A stretch of DNA of 32,000 nt, from NCBI RefSeq assembly GCF_000017845.1, contig NC_010546.1, forward strand, positions 4,740,001 through 4,772,000, written 5' to 3'. Both the position numbers and the translations under genes were made by a program. The notes beneath the pieces were generated by a model that was not told the origin of the DNA, did no database searches, and saw nothing but the letters and a program-made list of their open reading frames with translations. Source of the stretch: Crocosphaera subtropica ATCC 51142 (lineage in GTDB: Bacteria; Cyanobacteriota; Cyanobacteriia; Cyanobacteriales; Microcystaceae). Positions 17,669-26,096 of the stretch are shown here, one piece after another (the stretch's first letter is position 1; each line of letters opens with the position of its first letter).

Positions 17669-17894
17669 ATTTTCCTCGATATTAGTCCTTTTATCTAACT
17701 CACTTGCTTTTTGAATCCTGTTAAGCTGCAATCAATAGAAATTTAGCATTCACCTGTAGCTATAATCTAATAACCCTAGTTTCTACCTAAGTTAAGACTA
17801 TATAAATTAGTCGGCGAAAAGGAGCGATGCCAAGATTTTTGTTAAGATGTAATTAACCAGTAAGATTATTGTTATTTATCGTCTCCAAGTTCCT

Positions 17895-18458
17895 ATGACG
17901 AGTGTAATTACAGTCGAAAAAGAAAAATTAGACAATCCCCCTTTAGATATTCATGTTCTCGGCGATCGCGTTCTCCGTCAACCGGCTAAACGTATTGCCA
18001 AAGTAGATGATTCGGTTCGCCAATTAGCGAAAGAGATGCTCCAAACCATGTATAGTTCTCATGGTATTGGTTTAGCTGCGCCACAAGTCGCCATTCATAA
18101 ACAATTAATTGTTATTGACTGTGAACCCGATAATCCAGCTAATCCCCCTCTCATTTTAATCAACCCCAAAATAACCCGTGTTTCTCAGGAATTATGCGTG
18201 GTAGAAGAAGGTTGTCTCAGTATTCCTGGAGTTTACTTGGATGTAACACGGCCAAAAACCATTGAAGTCTCTTTTAAAGACGAACAAGGAAAACCTCGCA
18301 AAATTCAAGCCACTGATCTCCTAGCAAGAGTCATTCAACACGAGATGGATCACTTGAATGGGGTTATGTTTGTTGATCGGGTAGATAATGACTTAGCGTT
18401 AACTGAAAAATTACAAGAAAAAGGCTTTTCTAGAGGAGCAGTTAAACCGATAAAATAA
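17895..18458 (+). CDS. def: Peptide deformylase
   Basis: 187-aa ORF with the three signature motifs GIGLAAPQ, EGCLSIPG and QHEMDHLNG. Confidence 0.95.
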   Translation: MTSVITVEKEKLDNPPLDIHVLGDRVLRQPAKRIAKVDDSVRQLAKEMLQTMYSSHGIGLAAPQVAIHKQLIVIDCEPDNPANPPLILINPKITRVSQELCVVEEGCLSIPGVYLDVTRPKTIEVSFKDEQGKPRKIQATDLLARVIQHEMDHLNGVMFVDRVDNDLALTEKLQEKGFSRGAVKPIK

Positions 18459-18566
18459 TAAATCATTCTTAAGTTTTTAGAGATTTTTTCTGAAAAATCA
18501 AATAGTCGTTGTGCAAAAGTATCAAGCTTATTTATTAATGGTTTCTAAAGGTAAGGAGTAAAAGTT

Positions 18567-18764
18567 GTGACCCCAAAAAGTGGTGTATTTTTATTAGGCT
18601 CATGTATCACAGCCATTGCTGGTGTTGGCTCTGTATTTGAATTATCATCAGGAACTCCCGATTTAGGAACCTTGAAAACAGGTGTTATCTTAGCCTTAAG
18701 TATTCCCCTAACCGTCTTATTTTTTGTCGTAGCAGTAAAGGATACTAGAGCCAATATGAGATGA
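18567..18764 (+). CDS. Possible small two-TM membrane protein
   Basis: 65-aa ORF with a GTG start and a strong SD (AAGGAG, 18553-18558) 8 nt upstream. It has two hydrophobic segments (VFLLGSCITAIAGVGSVF, GVILALSIPLTVLFFVVAV). I recognise no family. Confidence 0.35.
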   Translation: MTPKSGVFLLGSCITAIAGVGSVFELSSGTPDLGTLKTGVILALSIPLTVLFFVVAVKDTRANMR

Positions 18765-19011
18765 GACACTGATGCTAATAGCAAAAAAATATTTTTGTGA
18801 TCTAAAACTCAAATCTTGTACCTTGTTTAAAGTTAGTCGGTTTAAATAGGCAATAGGAGACAAAAAAATGATTGTATTTTCCCTCCTGCCTAAGCTGTTG
18901 TGCATTTAAACAGGGTACTGTACTTAAACCTTTTCTCCCTAACGTAAGTTCGGGACAAGCTAAACGGCCAATTCTATCGTTGTCTGAAAACACCTATTGT
19001 CTCGTCTGCTT

Positions 19012-19060
19012 GGTGCGGTTTGTAACCGTCGTGCGACGACAGTTGGGTCGCATCCGCAGT
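19012..19060. other. GC-rich nested hairpin inside a 1.1-kb ORF-poor region
   Basis: The outer stem TGCGG (19014-18)/CCGCA (19054-58) encloses hairpin TGCGAC (19032-37)/GTCGCA (19047-52). An alternative, mutually exclusive pairing is AACCGTCG (19024-31) with CGACAGTT (19037-44). Confidence 0.3.
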
Positions 19061-19067
19061 AAGGGTC

Positions 19068-19102
19068 TAACTCCTAACTCCGAACTCCGAACCCCGAACT
19101 CA
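19068..19102. repeat. Heptamer tandem array, 5 units (TAACTCC TAACTCC GAACTCC GAACCCC GAACTCA)
   Basis: Read directly from the sequence. It is the same unit family (CCGAACT phase) as 1807-1834, i.e. an STRR-like cyanobacterial heptanucleotide repeat. Confidence 0.7.
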
Positions 19103-19566
19103 GGTTCCCTACGCCCTACTCCCTTGGTTCCTCTGCTCACTTCACAGTAACGCTTATTTTTGTCCAGGTACTTAGTCGGAATTGGGATCAGAATAACTGC
19201 GGACACCTAAGTACAAAATTTTTCAAAATTCCGCAATGTTTCCGATTCTTTGGAAAGGCATAATGGGGATGATAAAAGCAAGAGAATGTAATGATTCTTC
19301 AACTTTTTTTCCAAATAACTCCTTGTTAGGTTAGTTATGATAACAATGTTAGGTTAATCCATCTAGTAACTATGATTAGTTATAAATCTAAAGTGTGATT
19401 GAGATAGAAAAAGATCAATCATACATGATTAGCCTGAAATAAAAACTTTTGTCTATCCTATTCCTGACGTTTTTTCCCTGAACCCTTGAACTTATTACGG
19501 AATCATTGACAAATCCTATTTCTTTTATCAAAACTATTGCCTTATTAAAGTAATAAGGAATACATC

Positions 19567-19917
19567 ATGAATGTAACGGATTATACCATCAAGAATTTTG
19601 TTTTAGGCTGTGGATCTTCTGAGCCTGTTTCTATTTCTAAATGGTTCAAATACCCTGCATCAAAAATGTTACAATCCCTACGAGATCGCCTGGAGCATCA
19701 AGAAATTAGCGATCGCACTTTTGCCCATCGTCTTTGTCGTCTCATCCCTGCTCAATGTCCTTTTGAACGCAAAATAGAGTTATTTGGTTACGTCTTACTG
19801 AATATTCCTCCTCTGTGTAAACTGAATCCCTTGTATGATGACTTAATGGCGTTACGCTTCCGCGCCCTCTGTTATCTGGCCGAAGAATGGGGCGAAGATA
19901 TTAGTCAATACTGTTAA
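19567..19917 (+). CDS. Mo-dependent nitrogenase C-terminal domain (Mo-nitro_C)-like small protein
   Basis: 116-aa ORF. The motifs RLIPAQCPFER, IPPLCKLNPLY and LRFRALCYLAEEWGEDISQYC match my recollection of this cyanobacterial family (unverified). Confidence 0.65.
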   Translation: MNVTDYTIKNFVLGCGSSEPVSISKWFKYPASKMLQSLRDRLEHQEISDRTFAHRLCRLIPAQCPFERKIELFGYVLLNIPPLCKLNPLYDDLMALRFRALCYLAEEWGEDISQYC

Positions 19918-19994
19918 AAACTAATACGAATGTACCCAAAAAACAATAAATAGTGTACGATGCCTATAGTTACCTATGATTGAGAGCAACACCT

Positions 19995-20765
19995 ATGGCA
20001 ATCATTCCCCTGAAGGCTTGGTATTTAGGGCAATATGAACCGTTACGGGAAGTCATACAACGTCCTCCAGACTTACGGTTAAACCGGAACAGTTTACTCA
20101 AATCTGCCCTGAGAGCCGATTTTTTGGACGATAAAGAGGTTATCCAACAGTCTGATTGGTTCCAACGTTACCTAGAAGGGGAAGCCGTAGAATTTTATAT
20201 AGAGGGTAGTGGTGGCTATACCATCGCTAACCTGGATCTTGTTTCTCAAGAATTGTATCTCAGTAAGCAAGACATAACGGCCACCTTGGAACCGATCATC
20301 TTTTTCAGTCAACAGACAGAATATCCTCACTCTAGCAAGATGATTACAATTGTCTTAGAAGATACCATTAAACAGTATAATCAGCGATCGCGTTATCCTC
20401 TCAAGCTAGAAGTTGCCTCTCGTCCCCCAGATGCTCCTTTAAGACTCAGTGACAGTCAACTGCGGAAACTGCGAAAAAGTCTATTATTAGTCGTTGATGG
20501 GACTCCCGTTACTCAAATTAAACAAGAGGAGACATCTCGTTTAATTCCTAGTCCTTATATATGTACCGAACTCGGATACGCTTTACAAAGTAAACGAGGG
20601 GGACAAATTTTATTACTCCATCAACAACGATCTGATTTTTCAGGACAATGGCCTTTTGATCTCCCATCCCATCAACAACTGGAATTTAAGACTTCTGAGG
20701 AGTTATCCCAAACCTTACCCCAAGTCATAGAAGCTTTATTACAACGCTTCAAATTAGCCCCATAG
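19995..20765 (+). CDS. Hypothetical two-domain protein: unknown N-terminal ~100 aa plus TIR-like / nucleoside 2-deoxyribosyltransferase-like C-terminal half
   Basis: The track ORF opens with TTG at 19980; the first ATG is at 19995 (MAIIPLKAW...). The C-terminal half has, in order, PIIFFSQQ, SLLLVVDGTP, SPYICTELGYALQSKRGGQILLL and PFDLP. Confidence 0.7.
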   Translation: MAIIPLKAWYLGQYEPLREVIQRPPDLRLNRNSLLKSALRADFLDDKEVIQQSDWFQRYLEGEAVEFYIEGSGGYTIANLDLVSQELYLSKQDITATLEPIIFFSQQTEYPHSSKMITIVLEDTIKQYNQRSRYPLKLEVASRPPDAPLRLSDSQLRKLRKSLLLVVDGTPVTQIKQEETSRLIPSPYICTELGYALQSKRGGQILLLHQQRSDFSGQWPFDLPSHQQLEFKTSEELSQTLPQVIEALLQRFKLAP

Positions 20766-20810
20766 TCACGGATAATAGGAAATAAGAAAGTATCTAGGAG
20801 TCTTAATATT

Positions 20811-21062
20811 ATGCCCAGAAAAGCCGACGAATACGCCGTACACCTATTCCTTTCTAGTGGCCACCGTGAAGAAGTGCGTTTTGCTCAAATTCAAGACTTT
20901 CAAAAATGGTACAGTGGAGAGATTGTCCCTAACTTTGATTCTGAACAATTTATTAATGTTCCTATCAAAAACATTCAGGGAGAATATATGGTGGTTCGTC
21001 CTTCAAGTATTATGGCGATTCGAGTTGAACCTGTTTTCTTTGGTAGTGTAGAACGGGCCTAG
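20811..21062 (+). CDS. Hypothetical small soluble protein
   Basis: 83-aa ORF with ATG start, 45 nt after the preceding gene and on the same strand. Composition looks non-random. I recognise no family. Confidence 0.55.
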   Translation: MPRKADEYAVHLFLSSGHREEVRFAQIQDFQKWYSGEIVPNFDSEQFINVPIKNIQGEYMVVRPSSIMAIRVEPVFFGSVERA

Positions 21063-21072
21063 ACGAAAGGTA

Positions 21073-22620
21073 TTAATCTGATGGCAATTTCCATAATAGA
21101 GGTTTTCTAACCGCTTCTAGTTGATAGTCTTCACTTAGCTGAGTCTTTAGATTTTCAGACGGTTGATACAAAAATATATCGCTGTATCCTTCCTTTATTG
21201 AGGGAATATCAGGTTCTACAACTAACTGAAACTTGACTTTAGGGTCAAGCAAATGGCTCAAAGAAATTACATTAACGAACCAAAAATCACTAACAATAAG
21301 GGGTTGAGATGATTGATTGATAATCATGGCTAATTCATGATTTACATTTTGGGGATCTTTATTCCACCAAACCTGAGCATTAGCAATCATAGTAGAGGAA
21401 ATGACACCTAAAGATACAACAAAGACCAGAATAAATCTCCAGAATATTTGTTTCCCAGTCTGTAGGGAAATTTGGAAATTTTTCCTAACCAAAAGATAAG
21501 CGACGGCTAAATGAACACCAATAAAATAAGGAATTAGATATCGGGTTACAGTAATTCTATTTGTCCCTAATAATAGGTCAATTATTAATAGAGAAATCAA
21601 AGGAACGAAAAAAGAGCTAAAGATAAAAGTTCGGCTAATTTTATCTCCATTAACATACAAGAAGTATAAGGAATAAAAAATTAAACCAATAATTAATAAT
21701 AGAAGGAAAGAAAAAGGAATTAAATAAACTTTGGGACTGCTGGGATCAAGATCAAAATCAACAAAAAATAAGGTTAAATTCCTAATCCATTTAATTAAAT
21801 ATCTAACGATTGAAATTTGCTCAGAAGTAAACCTTTTTTCGATACCTTCTTTCCCTTGAACGATAAGGTAAATCCAAGGAATAAAAGTAACTATTCCAAA
21901 TATCATAGAAGCTACAAATCTTCGTAGATTTTGGCTTAGGCGCAAACCTTCTGTGAGGATTATATATATACCATGAGAAAAATAGACTAAACAAGTCAGA
22001 AAAAATGAATATAATCCGAAGGTAACTGAAATAGCGTATAAAAACCAACTTTGATAATTCTTTAGTTTAATAGCCTGTAAAAATAGAACAGATGATAATA
22101 AAGTGGCTAGAGTATATAAACTATAAGGCCGCGCTTCTTGTGCATAAAGAACATGAATAGGAGAAATGGCTAATAATACTACAGACATCCAAGCAATTAT
22201 TGAAGATTGAAATAGTTGTTTTGCCAACCAATACATTAAAGGTAATGTGAACAAGCTAAACATTACAGATAAACTGCGGATTACCGCAATAGAATCACCC
22301 AACCACTGCGTCCAAAATCGAAGCAAAATAAAATAAAGTGGGGTTAATTGTGGTTCAACAATCGCAATTCTTTTAACCGTATCAACAACCGTTTTTTGAG
22401 AATCTTTTTGTGGGTTTTGGTATTGCTGCAATTCTTCAATTCCGATCTCACGTCCATCAAGAATTTGATTGGTAACTTCTTCACTGCTATAACCAGAAAG
22501 TTGAAAGGATGTAAAGGTTTCATCATACCAATAAGCTTTTGTGTCAAGATTAATGATACGGCAGAATATTCCTATTACTATCAGAGTAATAATTACGAAA
22601 CGTGACCAAAACTTAGACAT
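21073..22620 (-). CDS. GT-C fold membrane glycosyltransferase (GT39/GT83, ArnT/PMT_2-like)
   Basis: 515-aa ORF with about 11-13 TM segments. The N-terminal YWYDETFT and the periplasmic-loop region ...EPQLTPLYFILLRFW... are analogous to the D/E-x-HPPLYY motif of ArnT-like enzymes. Confidence 0.8.
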   Translation of the reverse strand: MSKFWSRFVIITLIVIGIFCRIINLDTKAYWYDETFTSFQLSGYSSEEVTNQILDGREIGIEELQQYQNPQKDSQKTVVDTVKRIAIVEPQLTPLYFILLRFWTQWLGDSIAVIRSLSVMFSLFTLPLMYWLAKQLFQSSIIAWMSVVLLAISPIHVLYAQEARPYSLYTLATLLSSVLFLQAIKLKNYQSWFLYAISVTFGLYSFFLTCLVYFSHGIYIILTEGLRLSQNLRRFVASMIFGIVTFIPWIYLIVQGKEGIEKRFTSEQISIVRYLIKWIRNLTLFFVDFDLDPSSPKVYLIPFSFLLLLIIGLIFYSLYFLYVNGDKISRTFIFSSFFVPLISLLIIDLLLGTNRITVTRYLIPYFIGVHLAVAYLLVRKNFQISLQTGKQIFWRFILVFVVSLGVISSTMIANAQVWWNKDPQNVNHELAMIINQSSQPLIVSDFWFVNVISLSHLLDPKVKFQLVVEPDIPSIKEGYSDIFLYQPSENLKTQLSEDYQLEAVRKPLLWKLPSD

Positions 22621-22717
22621 GATTAAACAATTGTGTTGAGTAACTTAAAATTCAATGATATAGTATTTTGTTGTATTAGACTGAATAATTGATTCAGAAA
22701 AATCACAAGTACAAATT

Positions 22718-22789
22718 TACTTAAGTGTGAAAGTCAGCAAAAAAGTTCAAACAAGTAAGGATACTTAAGTATTTAAACTTTTACTTAGG
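22718..22789. promoter_or_regulatory. Three copies of a TACTTAAGT-type motif in the divergent GT promoter region
   Basis: The copies are TACTTAAGT at 22718-22726, ATACTTAAGTAT (a perfect 12-bp palindrome) at 22761-22772, and TACTTAGG at 22782-22789. Confidence 0.3.
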
Positions 22790-22832
22790 ATTTGTTGCTG
22801 TTTTAAAGATAAATAATGTATGAAAAAGTATT

Positions 22833-23315
22833 ATGACTCACCTTTCCGTAGTGATACCTGTGTATAAAGCGCAAAACTGCTTATATGAGCTATATAATCG
22901 TTTAAAGTCATCATTAGAATTAATTTCTCATGATTTTGAAATTATTCTAGTTGAGGATTGTGGAGGCGATCGCTCTTGGGATATTATCTTAGAGTTAGCG
23001 GAAAAAGATACAAGGGTAAAAGGAATCCAATTCAGTCGTAATTTTGGTCAACACTATGGTATCACAGCAGGATTGGATCATTCTGATGGTGATTGGGTGG
23101 TAATTATGGACTGCGATTTACAGGATCGACCAGAAGAAATACCTAGACTTTATAAAAAAGCACAAGAAGGTTACGATGTTGTTTTGGCAAGGAGAAGAGA
23201 TCGCCAGGATTCTTTTCAGAAGAAGTATTTATTCAACTCCAGAAAATCTCTCCATAATTCTGAAAATTTTCATTCTTACTATTGCCAGTATTGGTTTCTT
23301 TATTCCGATTCATAA
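22833..23315 (+). pseudogene. Truncated family-2 glycosyltransferase (ArnC/DPM-synthase-like), N-terminal ~130 aa only
   Basis: VVIPVYKA..., ILVEDCGGD and VIMDCDLQDRPEE (DXD) are intact. GT2 similarity stops near ...ARRRDRQDSFQKK (about nt 23215-23240). The frame then runs 25-30 unrelated codons to a stop, and the expected ~180-aa C-terminal part is absent. Confidence 0.65.
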
Positions 23316-23592
23316 TTACGATTATGTGATTTATGCTCCCTTAATGATGATAGTTTTACATTTTCCTTGGCGCAAAATGATTCTTTTGTTACCTGGTTTA
23401 CTTCTCGCATTTCGTTTTGGTAACTTTGCTAATATTATTACTAATATTTATAGTTCAGAGTCCCAAATTTCTGGATATTTAATAATTTCTATTGCATCAC
23501 TTATGCTATTTTTAGGCAGTGTCACCATATTTATCCTATCCATGAAATCAATCAAACAGAGGGGAATATCGCTATCCAATGATATTCAATAA
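23176..23592 (+). pseudogene. Hydrophobic ORF in a different frame overlapping the GT2 stump; probably the 3' fragment of a polytopic membrane protein gene
   Basis: 138-aa ORF. From about aa 15 it contains 3-4 TM-like segments (ILKIFILTIASIGFFIP..., MILLLPGLLLAF..., YLIISIASLMLFLGSVTIFIL). It has no similarity to the missing GT2 C-terminus. A real small protein starting at an internal Met cannot be excluded. Confidence 0.35.
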
Positions 23593-23687
23593 CAATCTTG
23601 AACTTTCTCCTAATAGGAATAGTATACTGATAAGGGTAAAAGCACTGATACTGGATTAATTGTATAAATGAACTCGACTCTTTAAAT

Positions 23688-24887
23688 TTATTTTTCATTA
23701 ACTTCTGTAACCCGCCAACTCAATTTTAAGTTAAACCAGAAATTCCAAAGGGTAACTAAACCAATAGCTAAAAAGTTAGCGATGTATCGATTCAAATTAA
23801 AAACATTGAAGAAGACATTTAATAACAACACATTGAGAATTAATCCAGCTAAACAGATCACATTAAACTTAATTAACCGTTTTAACCGTTGACGTTTTCC
23901 AGGTTGTCGTCGAGCAATATCTCCAAAAGTCCAAAAATCATTCCAGAGAAAATTATTAATAATAGCTAATTCTGCCGCAATAATCTTACTTCGGGTTAGG
24001 GGTAATCCGAGGGTATTAGGATCACTGAGTAAATAAAGAAATCCCATATCCACAACCACCCCACTTAATCCGACGAGACAAAACTGGATAAATCGGGCTG
24101 AAATGGATAACCTCAAGCGTAATAGATGCTGAATATACTCAATATATTGTTTCCAAGTAACCTTACTTTCCCCTGCTTGTCGTTCCCGAAAGACATAACC
24201 CGCTTCACCAATCCAGCGAATACGACCCCTAGCAGCCACTTCAATTAAAATTTTATAGCCCACAGGACTTAGGGAGCGACCAATAATGGCACTCCGTCGC
24301 ACCATAAAATAGCCACTCATGGGATCAGACAGACGACTAATGACTTCTGGGAGAATTAGTAAACCCAACATTTGCGCCCCACGAGACAGAAACCGCCTAA
24401 TGATACTCCATTCACTCACCCCACCCCCTTCAACATGACGACTGGCCAACGCTAAATCGGCTCCTTTCTCAATTTCTTCTAACAGTTGTGTGAGAACCTC
24501 TGGAGGGTGCTGTAAGTCAGCATCAATGACAGCTAAAATCTTCCCTCGTGCCACCTGCCAACCTCGAATAACGGCCGTTGACAGCCCTTTTTCTTCAGTC
24601 CGGCGCATCACTCTCAGTTGAGGGTATTGAGGGGTCAATTCTAGGGCAAGTTTCCAGGTTTCGTCAGGACTATTATCATCAACAACAATTAACTCGTACT
24701 CTCCAGGAATACTTTGGTCAAGGATGTTACTTAAAATCTCAACGATGCTTTGAATGTTGTCCGCTTCGTTATAGGTCGGTAAGACTAAGGATAATTTTAA
24801 AGGAGAATCAAGAGGAAGGTCTGATGTTATGGGAGTTTCAAGAATTTGAAAAACACCAGAGGGAACAGGAACGAGGGATTGAGTCAT
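23688..24887 (-). CDS. Polyprenyl-phosphate glycosyltransferase (GT2, dolichyl-phosphate mannose synthase-like) fused to a C-terminal GtrA-like 4-TM domain
   Basis: GT2 motifs are LVLPTYNEADNI, LIVVDDNSPD and VIDADLQHPPE. The C-terminal FIQFCLVGLSGVVVDMGFLYLL... is GtrA-like. The track ORF opens with GTG at 24959; the first ATG is at 24887 (MTQSLVPV...). Confidence 0.85.
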   Translation of the reverse strand: MTQSLVPVPSGVFQILETPITSDLPLDSPLKLSLVLPTYNEADNIQSIVEILSNILDQSIPGEYELIVVDDNSPDETWKLALELTPQYPQLRVMRRTEEKGLSTAVIRGWQVARGKILAVIDADLQHPPEVLTQLLEEIEKGADLALASRHVEGGGVSEWSIIRRFLSRGAQMLGLLILPEVISRLSDPMSGYFMVRRSAIIGRSLSPVGYKILIEVAARGRIRWIGEAGYVFRERQAGESKVTWKQYIEYIQHLLRLRLSISARFIQFCLVGLSGVVVDMGFLYLLSDPNTLGLPLTRSKIIAAELAIINNFLWNDFWTFGDIARRQPGKRQRLKRLIKFNVICLAGLILNVLLLNVFFNVFNLNRYIANFLAIGLVTLWNFWFNLKLSWRVTEVNEK

Positions 24888-25239
24888 CGTGAATTTATCG
24901 GATGCGTTTGTTAAATATTGACTGTCAAATCTGATTGCAACTGATACTGAAAATACCACAAAAGGAGTTTTCTAGCTCCGTAGTAAATAAAACTCATCTC
25001 TTGCACCAATACAAAAAAACTTATCAAGGAAAAGAAAAGAATTTAATTCTTAGTACGAAAGCGTCGCTTTTTATTGCTAACGACTAAAATCATGAATAAA
25101 CATAAATGCTTGCCTAACTTGAAGCTGAAAAATTCCCAACTATAGCAACCCCAATGGGTTAAATTAAGCATAACGTTTTGGTGGATAGCTATGGAGTTGT
25201 TGGGATAAGAAGTAAAAATTAACGACTACTTTAATAAAT

Positions 25240-26001
25240 TTAATCAGGGAGGGTTAAAATTTCTACCCCTGAGTCTGTCACAGCAATGGTATGTTCAAAC
25301 TGTGCCGATAACTTACCATCTTTGGTGATGGCAGTCCAACCGTCTTCTAAAATAACGGCTTCCCAAGTACCTTCATTAATCATCGGTTCAATGGTAAAGA
25401 CCATCCCCGTCCGCAATTTTTTGCCCTTTCCGCGCTTTCCATAATGGGGAACTTGGGGGGCAGTATGAAAGATATTACTCACCCCATGGCCGACAAAATC
25501 CCTAACCACAGAAAATCCTTGAGGTTCGGCACATTCTTGAATAGCAGCCCCAATATCCCCAATTCTTGACCCTGGTTTAACGGTTTCAATAGCTTCAATT
25601 AAACATTTTTCCGTAACTTCTACCAGTCTTTTTGCCAAAGGAGAAGGGTTTCCCACAAAGAAAGTTCTTGAAGTATCACCGTGATACCCATCTAAAATAG
25701 GGGTGACATCAATGTTAATAATATCCCCTTCTTGAAGAATTTGTTTGGGGTTAGGAATACCGTGACAGATGACATGATTAACACTGGTACAAATGGATTT
25801 AGGAAAGCCATGATATCCTAAAGGTGCGCTAGTTGCACCGTGGGCTTGAGTCCATTTTTCGGCTTCATCATTAATGTCTAACGTGCTAACGCCTGGTTGA
25901 ACCATAGGGGCTAAATGGTCTAGGAGTTTAGCTGCTAAACGTCCAGCCCGACGCATTTTTTCAATTTCTCGTTTCGATAATAAGGTAATGGTTTCTCCCA
26001 T
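25240..26001 (-). CDS. map: Type I methionine aminopeptidase
   Basis: 253-aa ORF with metal-ligand motifs in order: VICHGIPN, INIDVT, YHGDTSRTF, VGHGV, FTIEPM and QFEHT. Confidence 0.95.
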   Translation of the reverse strand: MGETITLLSKREIEKMRRAGRLAAKLLDHLAPMVQPGVSTLDINDEAEKWTQAHGATSAPLGYHGFPKSICTSVNHVICHGIPNPKQILQEGDIINIDVTPILDGYHGDTSRTFFVGNPSPLAKRLVEVTEKCLIEAIETVKPGSRIGDIGAAIQECAEPQGFSVVRDFVGHGVSNIFHTAPQVPHYGKRGKGKKLRTGMVFTIEPMINEGTWEAVILEDGWTAITKDGKLSAQFEHTIAVTDSGVEILTLPD

Positions 26002-26096
26002 GTTTTCGGTATGAAATTAACTAATAATGATTGTTATTCTATGATACCAAATTTCTAGATCATGGAGCTTTGGGATCATCAATTAACCAAGAACAA

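Noticed and set aside
19031-19037. GTGCGAC resembling the group II intron 5' consensus
   Set aside because: There is no domain V-like hairpin, no IEP/RT ORF and no exon-binding context within a plausible distance. This is a 7-mer coincidence inside a hairpin.
1807-19102. Tandem heptamer and 12-mer arrays (1807-1834, 11723-11739, 11919-11942, 16682-16716, 19068-19102) as possible CRISPR arrays
   Set aside because: The units are 7-12 nt, directly abutting with no spacers, and no cas genes are present. They are STRR-type or simple tandem repeats, not CRISPR.
18545-19206. ORFs 18545-18784 (-), 18717-18905 (-), 18802-18993 (-), 18872-19150 (+) and 18994-19206 (-)
   Set aside because: They mutually overlap on both strands and run through a heptamer array and GC-rich hairpins. 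Their products are Arg/Ser/Pro-rich and implausible, with no SD sequences. I treat the region as noncoding, apart from the possible 65-aa + strand ORF.
19980-24959. The idea that 19.6-25 kb is a classical defence or mobile island
   Set aside because: There is no integrase, transposase, tRNA target, flanking direct repeats, restriction-modification, Cas, TA, ATPase or nuclease genes. Only a motif-level TIR-like call and AT-rich glycosyltransferase genes support the idea. It is kept as low-to-moderate interest findings rather than as a feature.
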